A stretch of DNA of 20,000 nt, from IMG/VR virus record IMGVR_UViG_3300042545_002012; one strand, given 5' to 3'. This DNA comes from an uncultured virus (IMG/VR IMGVR_UViG_3300042545_002012). Taxonomy: Duplodnaviria > Heunggongvirae > Uroviricota > Caudoviricetes. The notes beneath the pieces were generated by a model. The model ran no database searches and had not been told where the DNA came from. It was given only the letters and a program-made list of their open reading frames with translations. This document shows positions 1 to 7,652 of the stretch, piece after piece (positions within the stretch are counted from its first letter, which is position 1; each line of letters begins with the position of its first letter). The translations under genes were made by a program, and so were the position numbers.

Positions 1-86
1 TGGAAGATCGGTATAGGGTAGAAGCTTCTCGCGCAAAAGCTCAGAAGATGGGTGCTAGTTCTAGGATTTTGAGGTTATTTGAGTAA
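1..86 (+). CDS. 3' end of a hypothetical protein entering from the left (...EDRYRVEASRAKAQKMGASSRILRLFE*)
   Basis: Open frame from position 3 to TAA 84-86, co-oriented with downstream genes. Confidence 0.5.
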   Translation, partial: EDRYRVEASRAKAQKMGASSRILRLFE

Positions 87-103
87 ATTTACAGGGTAAA
101 ACA

Positions 104-295
104 ATGTATAGATTTTTAACTAACTTTCGATGGATTCGCAAATTAGCAGGAAAGAACTGGAAGCTTTTAGAATCTTTTTTGGCTAATCAAAAGCCTACTT
201 GGTATAACTGGGATTTAGTGCAAACAAATCCTTTGATGATGAGAATGATTGACACTGGATTGATTACTATTTTGGAAAGCGAGAGTTACGAATGA
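104..295 (+). CDS. Hypothetical phage protein, 63 aa
   Basis: Purine-rich CAGGGTAAA leader before the ATG; ATGA overlap with dcd. Confidence 0.6.
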   Translation: MYRFLTNFRWIRKLAGKNWKLLESFLANQKPTWYNWDLVQTNPLMMRMIDTGLITILESESYE

Positions 296-834
296 CGCTA
301 GTTGACCACGAAATCGAAAAGCTTTGCGAAGAAAAAGGCGTTATCGTGCCATTTGACAAAGCAATGCTTAACCCACAATCACTTGATGTGCGGATAGGCT
401 ACACGCTGAAAACTGAGAATAACTGGCTTAAGCGATGTCTAACAGGTCAAGAGTTTACTACTCATGATTTGACCAAATACTCAGAATCAAACCCGTTTTT
501 GGTATCGCCACTAAGTTTTATTCTGACTTGTACTTACGAGACTTTCAATATACCGAGTAATTACTCAGCAGAGTTTAGGCTTAAGTCAAGTAGAGGGCGA
601 TCAGGATGGGGGCACGTTTTGGCAGTATGGATTGATGGTGGGTTTAATAATTCAAAGCTGACCTTAGAGTTGCTAAATCACCGTATTTGGGCTTGGCAAC
701 CTATTTATCCACTTATGCGAATTGGTCAAATTGTTTTTGCTGAGACGGCTTATCCTAGGCATGATTACTCAGAAACAGGGCGGTATAACAACGATTTGGA
801 TACGCAACCAGCAAAACCAGAGAAGAGAATATAA
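292..834 (+). CDS. dcd: dCTP deaminase (trimeric dUTPase/dCTP deaminase superfamily)
   Basis: Motifs L.D.EI, NPQSLDVRIG, KSSRGRSG (RSS.AR-like), IDGGF...LTLELLN, RIGQIVF and C-terminal Y...GRYN. Confidence 0.9.
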   Translation: MTLVDHEIEKLCEEKGVIVPFDKAMLNPQSLDVRIGYTLKTENNWLKRCLTGQEFTTHDLTKYSESNPFLVSPLSFILTCTYETFNIPSNYSAEFRLKSSRGRSGWGHVLAVWIDGGFNNSKLTLELLNHRIWAWQPIYPLMRIGQIVFAETAYPRHDYSETGRYNNDLDTQPAKPEKRI

Positions 835-838
835 AAAG

Positions 839-1069
839 ATGATCGTCAAGATTGAAGACATCCAAGCATGGCTAGCGCAAAAAGCTCTTTGGGATAGCCA
901 GAACATTGAAAGCATTGAGTTCACGCTAAACGGCGAACCATATAAACCGCAAATGTTTTGGACTGATGCCGACGGTAATCCAACTGACCCGATCGCCGCA
1001 GATAATTTTAAATTTATGGGCTGTTGCACCCATAGCATTTTTGAGATGATTGTTGGGGATTTGAAATAA
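839..1069 (+). CDS. Hypothetical protein; start moved from 722 to ATG 839
   Basis: ATG 4 nt after the dcd stop; TAATG overlap with the next gene. Confidence 0.6.
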   Translation: MIVKIEDIQAWLAQKALWDSQNIESIEFTLNGEPYKPQMFWTDADGNPTDPIAADNFKFMGCCTHSIFEMIVGDLK

Positions 1070-1311
1070 TGAGTTGGACGTATCGAATCTCAAAGCAAAC
1101 CCTTGAAAATGGCGATGAGTTGTTTGCTATCCGCGAGTTTTACCCAAATAGTAAGGGCGAATTAACCAGTTGGAGCCACGAAGAAGTAACACCTGTTGGC
1201 ACAACACTGGAAGATCTAAAAGGCGAGTTAGCACTGATAATGCAGTGCTTGGACAAGGAAGTAATTGATATTGGTGGTGAAGACAATGAAAAAATGGTAC
1301 GCGATGTTTGA
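1069..1311 (+). CDS. Small acidic hypothetical phage protein (MSWTYRI...FAIREFY...G...W)
   Basis: Coupled start/stop; W.YR...a.E.Y..G...W pattern resembles common small phage proteins. Confidence 0.65.
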   Translation: MSWTYRISKQTLENGDELFAIREFYPNSKGELTSWSHEEVTPVGTTLEDLKGELALIMQCLDKEVIDIGGEDNEKMVRDV

Positions 1312-2029
1312 GGATCGAGGCTCAAACTGCATTGCTTATGGCGGATTTGACACTGAAGACGAAGCGAAAGCTATGTTTGGTGGAAGGGTTAGCTATGCAA
1401 TGCTTATCCCAGACGATAGATTGGTTGTTTATCCAGATTATCGCACCGCAAAGTCCTGTATAGGAATAGGACTTTGCGGTGCACATGGCACGGGCAAAAC
1501 CACACTAGCGAACGCCTTATCGCAAAAGCTAGGGATTCCATATATCCCTATTGATGCGAGTAGTGTGTTTTTGGAGTATGGTTTCCACCCGTCCGACAAA
1601 TTGGATATCCGCACTAGGTTGTTTTTGCAACAAAAGATTTTGGCTAAAGCTGAAGACATCTGGTTTGAAGTTGACGAACCTAGCTTTATCTGCGATCGCA
1701 CACCGTTGGACATGGCTGCTTACTTGCTTACTGATGTTGGCAATGGTGAGTTAGATAAGCATACACAGTCTGAGGTTATGGACTATTTGCAAAATTGCTC
1801 TAATGTTACGGCTCGGTATTTTGACAAAATTGTATTAATTCCTCCCGCAATCCCTTTTGTCGAGCGTGAGTACAAAGCAGCGATTAATCAACCGTTAATA
1901 CTCAAGTTGCATACTCAGCTTTTGGGGATACTCAATTATTTGGATTTGCCTTATAAGGAGTTGCCAAAAGACTGCATGGAGTTGGGCGATCGCGTTGCTT
2001 TTGTTAAAGATTATCTCAATGAATCATGA
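1286..2029 (+). CDS. P-loop NTPase of the AAA_28/NadR-Ttd14 (nucleotide kinase-like) family
   Basis: Walker A GAHGTGKTT and the FICDRTPLD motif typical of these kinases; probable start ATG 1286 after GGTGG. Confidence 0.8.
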   Translation: MKKWYAMFEDRGSNCIAYGGFDTEDEAKAMFGGRVSYAMLIPDDRLVVYPDYRTAKSCIGIGLCGAHGTGKTTLANALSQKLGIPYIPIDASSVFLEYGFHPSDKLDIRTRLFLQQKILAKAEDIWFEVDEPSFICDRTPLDMAAYLLTDVGNGELDKHTQSEVMDYLQNCSNVTARYFDKIVLIPPAIPFVEREYKAAINQPLILKLHTQLLGILNYLDLPYKELPKDCMELGDRVAFVKDYLNES

Positions 2030-2373
2030 TGCTCTTAGAAATTGAACGAGCCAAGCTCATCGGCTTTTTCGATGCCCATCGCGGCTCTTACTCCTTGCGC
2101 TACATTGAAATATGCACTCAAATCAATACGAGCGCATTGCGCTTACTTCTTAACCAAGGCGCGATCGCATACGGTAACAGGCGATTGCATATTGAGTGCG
2201 TTGAGGGTAATTATCGCGCTATCCCTAAGCTACGTAAGGCGACACCAAAGGAGATGCGGGCGCGTGAGTTAAGTAGACTGCGTAATAAAGCTTTTGATCA
2301 TGCTAGGGCGCGTGGTGTGTCTGTCGGCAAAGCTAAGTTGGCGGCTTGGAATGCTGTTTGTGATCTAGAATAA
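2026..2373 (+). CDS. Basic hypothetical protein, possibly DNA-binding
   Basis: ATGA overlap with the kinase; Arg/Lys-rich C-terminus; no CxxC motifs. Confidence 0.6.
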   Translation: MMLLEIERAKLIGFFDAHRGSYSLRYIEICTQINTSALRLLLNQGAIAYGNRRLHIECVEGNYRAIPKLRKATPKEMRARELSRLRNKAFDHARARGVSVGKAKLAAWNAVCDLE

Positions 2374-2401
2374 AAACACCGTAGATGTACGAGAAATATT
2401 T

Positions 2402-2932
2402 ATGTATGGAATAGAAACTGAGGACAAGACTACAGCTTTAGCCAGTGCGCTTAGTTATTGGGTTTTTCGCTGTAGAGACAAGAGTAAAAGTCCTGCCATG
2501 GGCTTAAAAACATGGGAATATTTTCAAAGCAGTATCCAAAATGCTGCTATTCCCTCTCGCAATATCGACGACTACATTGAGAATTTAGCCAAGAAGCTAA
2601 TTGTTGCACACCTCAACCCAAAAGAATGGACTCGCATAATCGCGCCAAAACAAGTGGTTTTACGGGCTACTGTGAATGACGATGGCAGTATGGGAGACAT
2701 TCAACAGAAAGACTGCGATCAAAATATTGATCTTTGGTGGTTGGGATGGAACGACATTTTAGCCAAATTGAAATATACGCACGGGATAAGCGATCGCCAT
2801 ATTCTGAATATGTGCAAATCCAAACCTCACGTGATTACCACTTTTTGTCGCGTTCGCTTTGAAAGCGATCGCGCTTTGAATATTCCAGAAGAAACAGAAA
2901 ATACTCTAGATGTAGAGGCTAATAATGCTTAA
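2402..2932 (+). CDS. cas11: Probable type IV-B small subunit (Cas11-like)
   Basis: 176-aa, apparently helical protein (TWEYFQSSIQNAA...SRNIDDYIENLAKKL) directly upstream of and overlapping csf2, the position where IV-B loci carry Cas11. The call rests largely on context. Confidence 0.6.
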   Translation: MYGIETEDKTTALASALSYWVFRCRDKSKSPAMGLKTWEYFQSSIQNAAIPSRNIDDYIENLAKKLIVAHLNPKEWTRIIAPKQVVLRATVNDDGSMGDIQQKDCDQNIDLWWLGWNDILAKLKYTHGISDRHILNMCKSKPHVITTFCRVRFESDRALNIPEETENTLDVEANNA

Positions 2933-4130
2933 TTACAACCCACACGATCGCCATAATATCAAGCTACACCTGCAAATCACATTGCTACAGCCCTTGTCTC
3001 ATATCAGTGAGTCCGTAGGCAATCAAACCAATTTACGAACGATGAAAGTGACAGATTTAGAGGGAAATCCCTCTGAGGTGTTTTGTCTTTCTGGTAACTC
3101 GCTACGCAATCGTATTTTGAGACGCTGTGGTATTGATTCGTTCCTCTCTCAGATTGGTGTGCAAGTATCGCCAACGATGCATCACGCTCTATTTTGTGGC
3201 GGCGCGATTGATGGTGGCACGGGTAATGACTTAGATTTGGATAAAAAGATTAGACAGTTTTTGCCATGCCTCTCAGTGTTAGGAACTGCCAAACCTAAAG
3301 GATTGTTTGGTGTATCCGATGCTCAAATGGTGCACGGTCGGATCGCTGTTGGTGATGCTTATTTGGCTTGTGTAGAAAGTGCTGAATATATTTATCGACA
3401 GTTTCCTCCTGCGCTACCCATTGACGTAATTTCAGCGCTAGAGCAGATTATTGATGGTAAAGACTTACAGCATAGTCAACGAGTGAATCAATGGCTAGGA
3501 ATTGATACCAAGGTTTCTCAATACGATCTAAAGGCATTGTTTGCTGAATGGATGCCGTTCTTGGGAGAAAGGCTTCGATATTATTCCGATTGGCTTACCT
3601 ATAGCCAAAAGACAAGGCGCGATTCACTTCACGATCCTAACTTTGCAAAACATTTGATCGGCGCTACTCCAGAACCTCAAAAGATGATTTCTCAAGGCGA
3701 TCTATTTGGTATAGTTTCGGAGCCTGAAACCAAGAAAGGTAAAAGCGAAAAAGCAAAGCCCGAAAAAGAGAAAAGCCAACAGATGATTATGGGTAATTGG
3801 CTACTCCAAACAGGTGCTACTTTATACTCTTATTGGAGCGCAAACGTCACCAGAATCGAAGAAGGATTTATTGCAGATGCTTTACTCAAGTTTGCAGAAT
3901 CGCCATACTTGGGCGGTCAATTAGGAACGGGTTGCGGACTTTGCTCTATGCAGTTTTGGTTTGAGGCTGCGGAGGGCGATCGCGGTGAGTTTATGACGAT
4001 TACTCCTCATGCTCAAAAGCTAAGCGATCGCGCTACTGAATCTCATGCAAGGTATAAAGAATACCTCGAAGATTACAAGGGCTTTCTAGCTGATTCTAAG
4101 AGCGATATTAGGAGTTTATTGAATGGATAA
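2925..4130 (+). CDS. csf2: Type IV CRISPR backbone subunit Csf2 (Cas7-family RAMP)
   Basis: ITLLQPLSH first RAMP strand, SGNSLRNRILRR, HALFCGG, PCLSVLG, GRIAVGDAYLAC and the Gly-rich loop LGGQLGTGCG. Confidence 0.88.
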   Translation: MLNYNPHDRHNIKLHLQITLLQPLSHISESVGNQTNLRTMKVTDLEGNPSEVFCLSGNSLRNRILRRCGIDSFLSQIGVQVSPTMHHALFCGGAIDGGTGNDLDLDKKIRQFLPCLSVLGTAKPKGLFGVSDAQMVHGRIAVGDAYLACVESAEYIYRQFPPALPIDVISALEQIIDGKDLQHSQRVNQWLGIDTKVSQYDLKALFAEWMPFLGERLRYYSDWLTYSQKTRRDSLHDPNFAKHLIGATPEPQKMISQGDLFGIVSEPETKKGKSEKAKPEKEKSQQMIMGNWLLQTGATLYSYWSANVTRIEEGFIADALLKFAESPYLGGQLGTGCGLCSMQFWFEAAEGDRGEFMTITPHAQKLSDRATESHARYKEYLEDYKGFLADSKSDIRSLLNG

Positions 4131-4809
4131 CCTCCAAATAATTGCACACATGGCAACGCCGCTAGTCGCCTATGATGATTGGAGTCCTAGCTTCGATGCC
4201 CTGATTGAGTATCAATTGTTAGATCAATTAGGGTTAATCACGCCTAATCCAACGGCTGCGGATGCTGAAAAGAATCTGCCCTTGATTTTTGATGAAATGC
4301 CGATCGCTCGGAAGACGCTCAAAGGCGAGTGGTATTGGGCCGTGAGTTCACCACACTACATCGAAAATCATCAACAAACTCAGCGTTACCGTAAGCGATG
4401 GGACAAGCAAGAACTACACCTTGATTGGGGTAAAAAGAAAGCTAAGGTTGATAGTTCGCAAGGGCATTTTAAAGCCTATGACTTGCCAAGGTATGATCGC
4501 GAAATGCAGACTATACACTGGTTTGCGATTGGCAATGCTGACAAGATTAGCGAACTAATTCTAAATGTTACGAACCTTGGCAAGAAGCGATCGCAAGGTT
4601 GCGGACAGGTACACAAATGGGAAGTACTTCCTTTTGAACATGATTGGCATTTGTGGAGAGGTGATAGTTTAGCCCGACCAATGCCAATTAATATGATTGA
4701 ACAGCCTCAAGCTATCAATATGATGAACTGGGGGTGGCGAACACCGTATTTTCTGCAATCCAATAGAACTATATGCTATATGCCAACGGATAATGTATGG
4801 AGAGAATAG
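4123..4809 (+). CDS. csf3: Type IV CRISPR subunit Csf3 (Cas5-family RAMP)
   Basis: LQIIAHMATP start, FDALI, W.WAVS, G.FKAY..P, W.AIG and G-loop LGKKRSQGCGQV..W.V followed by RPMP; lies directly after csf2. Confidence 0.85.
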   Translation: MDNLQIIAHMATPLVAYDDWSPSFDALIEYQLLDQLGLITPNPTAADAEKNLPLIFDEMPIARKTLKGEWYWAVSSPHYIENHQQTQRYRKRWDKQELHLDWGKKKAKVDSSQGHFKAYDLPRYDREMQTIHWFAIGNADKISELILNVTNLGKKRSQGCGQVHKWEVLPFEHDWHLWRGDSLARPMPINMIEQPQAINMMNWGWRTPYFLQSNRTICYMPTDNVWRE

Positions 4810-5465
4810 AACGCGATGCATTCTTAGCTCATGCAACACTGCCAACATTTAAGCGCAAAGTTGAGAAAGCTAAAGAGATTATTCGAGAGGCTTTAGCGAT
4901 CGCTCCTTCTTATGTTGCGGTGTCATGGGGTAAAGATTCAGTTGTAATGCTTCATTTGGTGCAGTCGATTTGTCCTGATATTTTGGCTATTTCTTTTGGA
5001 CATCATGAAAGAGAAATGATTAGTAATTATGCTGAAACAGAATCAAAATATCAGGACAAATTTGGGCTAAACATTCAAACTATTTTGATGCAAGGCGATC
5101 ATGTCCCTAACAAAGTTAAGTCACAAAAATTATGGATTGATTATCCTGTCGCTTTTGTTGGATTGCGGATAGAAGAAAGCGCAAAACGTAAAGCAACCTT
5201 GCTAAAAAATGGCGCTATCTATCAATACAAAAAAGGAGATTACAGAGCTTGCCCTGTTTTTAATTGGAGTGAAAACGATATTTGGGCTTATACGCTTTCC
5301 CATGAATTACCATACCTAAAAGCCTATGATTTAGGCGCAAAACGAACTACAGATCATGTCAGCAAAAATACTAACAATCAATATCAAGCTGCAAGATTAG
5401 AAGAGTTTCGAGCGATCGCCCCAGAATATTTTGAATACCTAAAAGGATTGTTGTATGCAAATTAA
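4797..5465 (+). CDS. cysH: CysH-like/PAPS-reductase-family protein (adenine nucleotide alpha-hydrolase fold), the type IV-B accessory gene
   Basis: PP-loop SWGKDS, GLRIEES..R and P.FNWSENDIWAY...HELPY...YD; lacks the canonical Cys motifs and ECG tail of true PAPS/APS reductases. Confidence 0.85.
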   Translation: MERIERDAFLAHATLPTFKRKVEKAKEIIREALAIAPSYVAVSWGKDSVVMLHLVQSICPDILAISFGHHEREMISNYAETESKYQDKFGLNIQTILMQGDHVPNKVKSQKLWIDYPVAFVGLRIEESAKRKATLLKNGAIYQYKKGDYRACPVFNWSENDIWAYTLSHELPYLKAYDLGAKRTTDHVSKNTNNQYQAARLEEFRAIAPEYFEYLKGLLYAN

Positions 5466-5814
5466 AAATTATTTAGATGCTGATTACTGGTATCAGATGT
5501 ATGGCAGTCAAGCTGTCGGATTGCCACTGGTAAAAAAAGATAACTTTGCTGCTGATATGTTGAATTTTGCACCTAATGAAAAAACTTCTCTTCATACCCA
5601 TGAGGGTGATCATATTTTGTTTGGAGTAGAGGGGTCTGGATGGATTGATTGCGGCGATGAAACACAACCAATCATCAAAGGAACTTGCTATTTTGTTGAA
5701 GGTTCGCAACCTCATAGGGTAAGGGCTGGAAATGACGGGCTTTTTCTTTTATCTATTGCAAACAAGCATCAACCTGTAGATAGTGAAAAAAGATTGGTGA
5801 TTATCAATGCCTAA
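5455..5814 (+). CDS. Cupin-domain protein (Cupin_2-like)
   Basis: Metal motif 1 LHTHEGDHILFGVEGSG and motif 2 GTCYFVEGSQPHRV. Confidence 0.85.
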   Translation: MQIKNYLDADYWYQMYGSQAVGLPLVKKDNFAADMLNFAPNEKTSLHTHEGDHILFGVEGSGWIDCGDETQPIIKGTCYFVEGSQPHRVRAGNDGLFLLSIANKHQPVDSEKRLVIINA

Positions 5815-6394
5815 CTGCAATTTTACAGAATTTTTATTCAGTATTGAAGGCTCTTTAATCCCTAGAAACTACCATTACTGCCTCTATTCTGCTTTAACGG
5901 GATTAGCTCCTAAGTTCAAAGATAACCCTGAGTGGGCGATCGGTAGAATCAGTAACACAAATATTTTTGACGATCGCACATTACGTTTAACTCAAAGCAC
6001 TATAAAGCTACGTTGCTCCAAAGATTTAATTACAGAGCTAACGATGCTTTTTGATTGTCAAATCCATTTAGGCAAAGAGTTGATTAAACTCAAGCTGGTT
6101 AATGGCACAGAGCTAAAATCTCAAGAGAATCTAGCGGCTTGGGTATCAATTAAAACCGACAACAATCGTGAACCCGATCTTACTAGGTTTGCGGTGTCGC
6201 TAGGCAAGCAACTAGCAAAGTTTGATATTGATACACTGCCAACAATAGGGCGCAAGGAGCAGCTAATTATTAAACAACAGCCGTGTGCTGTATACCCTGT
6301 AATGTTTTCAGATTTGCATCCTAACGAGTCTTTGACATTACAAGAGAAAGGGTTGGGAGGTCGCAAACACCTAGGATGCGGGTTTTTTGAATAA
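5807..6394 (+). CDS. cas6: Cas6 endoribonuclease, resembling the I-MYXAN/Cmx6 type
   Basis: N-terminal F.IEG..IP.NYHY.LYSAL and C-terminal SL.LQ.KGLGGRKHLGCGFF Cas6 G-loop. Confidence 0.88.
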   Translation: MPNCNFTEFLFSIEGSLIPRNYHYCLYSALTGLAPKFKDNPEWAIGRISNTNIFDDRTLRLTQSTIKLRCSKDLITELTMLFDCQIHLGKELIKLKLVNGTELKSQENLAAWVSIKTDNNREPDLTRFAVSLGKQLAKFDIDTLPTIGRKEQLIIKQQPCAVYPVMFSDLHPNESLTLQEKGLGGRKHLGCGFFE

Positions 6395-6412
6395 ACTAAC
6401 TTCACATCCCCC

Positions 6413-6440
6413 AGCCGTTGCATTCGCGACGGCTTTTTTT
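6413..6440 (+). terminator. Intrinsic terminator closing the cas operon
   Basis: AGCCGTTGC-ATTC-GCGACGGCT 9-bp stem (one G-U pair) followed by a T run, 18 nt after the cas6 stop. Confidence 0.85.
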
Positions 6441-6459
6441 GTGCGGATAAAATTAATTT

Positions 6460-6498
6460 GGTTTTACTATTGACAAAACCTATAGGTCGATCAATAAT
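6460..6498 (+). promoter_or_regulatory. Sigma70-type promoter with overlapping palindromic operator candidates
   Basis: TTGACA (6470-6475), 17 nt, AATAAT (6493-6498); inverted repeat GGTTTT-N9-AAAACC (6460-6480); perfect palindrome ACCTATAGGT (6478-6487); AAGGA RBS before ATG 6530. Confidence 0.7.
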
Positions 6499-6529
6499 AG
6501 ATCATTGAGTTAAACAAAGGAACAAAGCA

Positions 6530-7207
6530 ATGCTACTAGGTAATCTTGATCTTAAATGCGGCGAAGACTACGAAGGGACTGTATCAACAGATATTTTTGT
6601 TGATGAGGATAGCCTGGAGATCTCCAGCATTCCCTACACTATCAACGAAGAAGGGGTAGATCAACTCCTTACTTTGTTAGAGGAGTACGGGATTGAGCCC
6701 GTCGAAGCGTTTGAAGATTGGCAAGAAAGCTGTATGGAATTGTCCTTTCATGTAGCTCCACTTCTTTCGGGAGTTGACGCTACACAGGGTCAACTCTTGG
6801 AGAAAGCAATCTCCACAACTGTTAAATGCTGGAAAGACGAGTTCGGAAACAACAAGCTAGATCCCGCCTCGTCTGACTGGGTTGACGAGACATCCATTGA
6901 GGGGATAGAGGAAACCCCTCTGATCAGGGAGCGCTTTAATATTGAAGTGCTTCTAAAAATAGGCACAGATAATGCCTTGTCAGCTTATTATTGGGAGTTT
7001 TTAAAGGAAAGGGTTACTATCCAAGAAGTGCGGATCGCTGATCGCTATCCATCGGATGGCAATATCCCATTGACAGTTCATTTTATGTCTGATGGATCTG
7101 CTATCGTTTTGAATCCTCTAACAGGGGATGAATTTTATCCAACCGTCGAAAGTTTTGATAAAGCTTACGCTGAATTTGATTACGATTGGAATCAAGTAGA
7201 TGCCTAG
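6530..7207 (+). CDS. Highly acidic hypothetical protein, 225 aa
   Basis: Own promoter and RBS; about 48 D/E versus about 13 K/R by manual count. Confidence 0.8.
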   Translation: MLLGNLDLKCGEDYEGTVSTDIFVDEDSLEISSIPYTINEEGVDQLLTLLEEYGIEPVEAFEDWQESCMELSFHVAPLLSGVDATQGQLLEKAISTTVKCWKDEFGNNKLDPASSDWVDETSIEGIEETPLIRERFNIEVLLKIGTDNALSAYYWEFLKERVTIQEVRIADRYPSDGNIPLTVHFMSDGSAIVLNPLTGDEFYPTVESFDKAYAEFDYDWNQVDA

Positions 7208-7508
7208 AGGCGGCAACCATGGAGGCGGTAGACCTAAGAAGCCGCCCGAAATAAAGGCTAAAACATATTCCTACTGTTTTAGCCCAATCTTAGGAGATGC
7301 GATCGCCGCCCTTGGTGACAACGCATCGCAGTCAATCCAAGCAATTGTGCTTAAGTATTTTGGGATTACTCCCTTGCAATGGGAGATATACACAACTTGG
7401 ATCGAATGCGATCGCAAGGTTGTCGCAACAGCCGAAAAGTTAGGGTGCGATCCTGAGAACATCAGGCAAGTCGTTGCCAAGGTTGAACGGAAATTAACAA
7501 AAACATAG
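7200..7508 (+). CDS. Small DNA-binding protein (GGGRPK hook plus C-terminal HTH)
   Basis: MPRGGNHGGGRPKK N-terminus; HTH-like KVVATAEKLGCDPENIRQVVAKV. Confidence 0.7.
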   Translation: MPRGGNHGGGRPKKPPEIKAKTYSYCFSPILGDAIAALGDNASQSIQAIVLKYFGITPLQWEIYTTWIECDRKVVATAEKLGCDPENIRQVVAKVERKLTKT

Positions 7509-7515
7509 TTTTGGG

Positions 7516-7539
7516 AGCTGCTTAGATAGCAGCTTTTTT
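7516..7539 (+). terminator. Intrinsic terminator
   Basis: AGCTGCT-TAGAT-AGCAGCT perfect 7-bp stem followed by TTTTT. Confidence 0.85.
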
Positions 7540-7549
7540 GTGTCGCCAC

Positions 7550-7592
7550 GCATAGAGAAATATCTATGCTTTGCGGGGTTGGGATTATGGAT
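7550..7592. repeat. Copy 1 of dispersed dyad element CATAGA-N6-TCTATGCTTTGCGGG...ATGGAT
   Basis: GCATAGA-gaaata-TCTATGC inverted repeat; 15-nt TCTATGCTTTGCGGG identical to 12858-12872. Confidence 0.75.
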
Positions 7593-7652
7593 TTGATGTT
7601 ATTTAATTGTTTAATTACTGTATACTTAGATTATTGATTTACAGGTAAACGG

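Noticed and set aside
4797..5465. Genuine sulfate-assimilation cysH or a dnd phosphorothioation operon
   Set aside because: Catalytic Cys motifs are missing and no cys or dndA/B/D/E genes are nearby; the context is type IV-B.
6395..6529. CRISPR array expected downstream of cas6
   Set aside because: Only a terminator and a promoter are present; I found no regularly spaced repeat-spacer units here or in any other intergenic gap.
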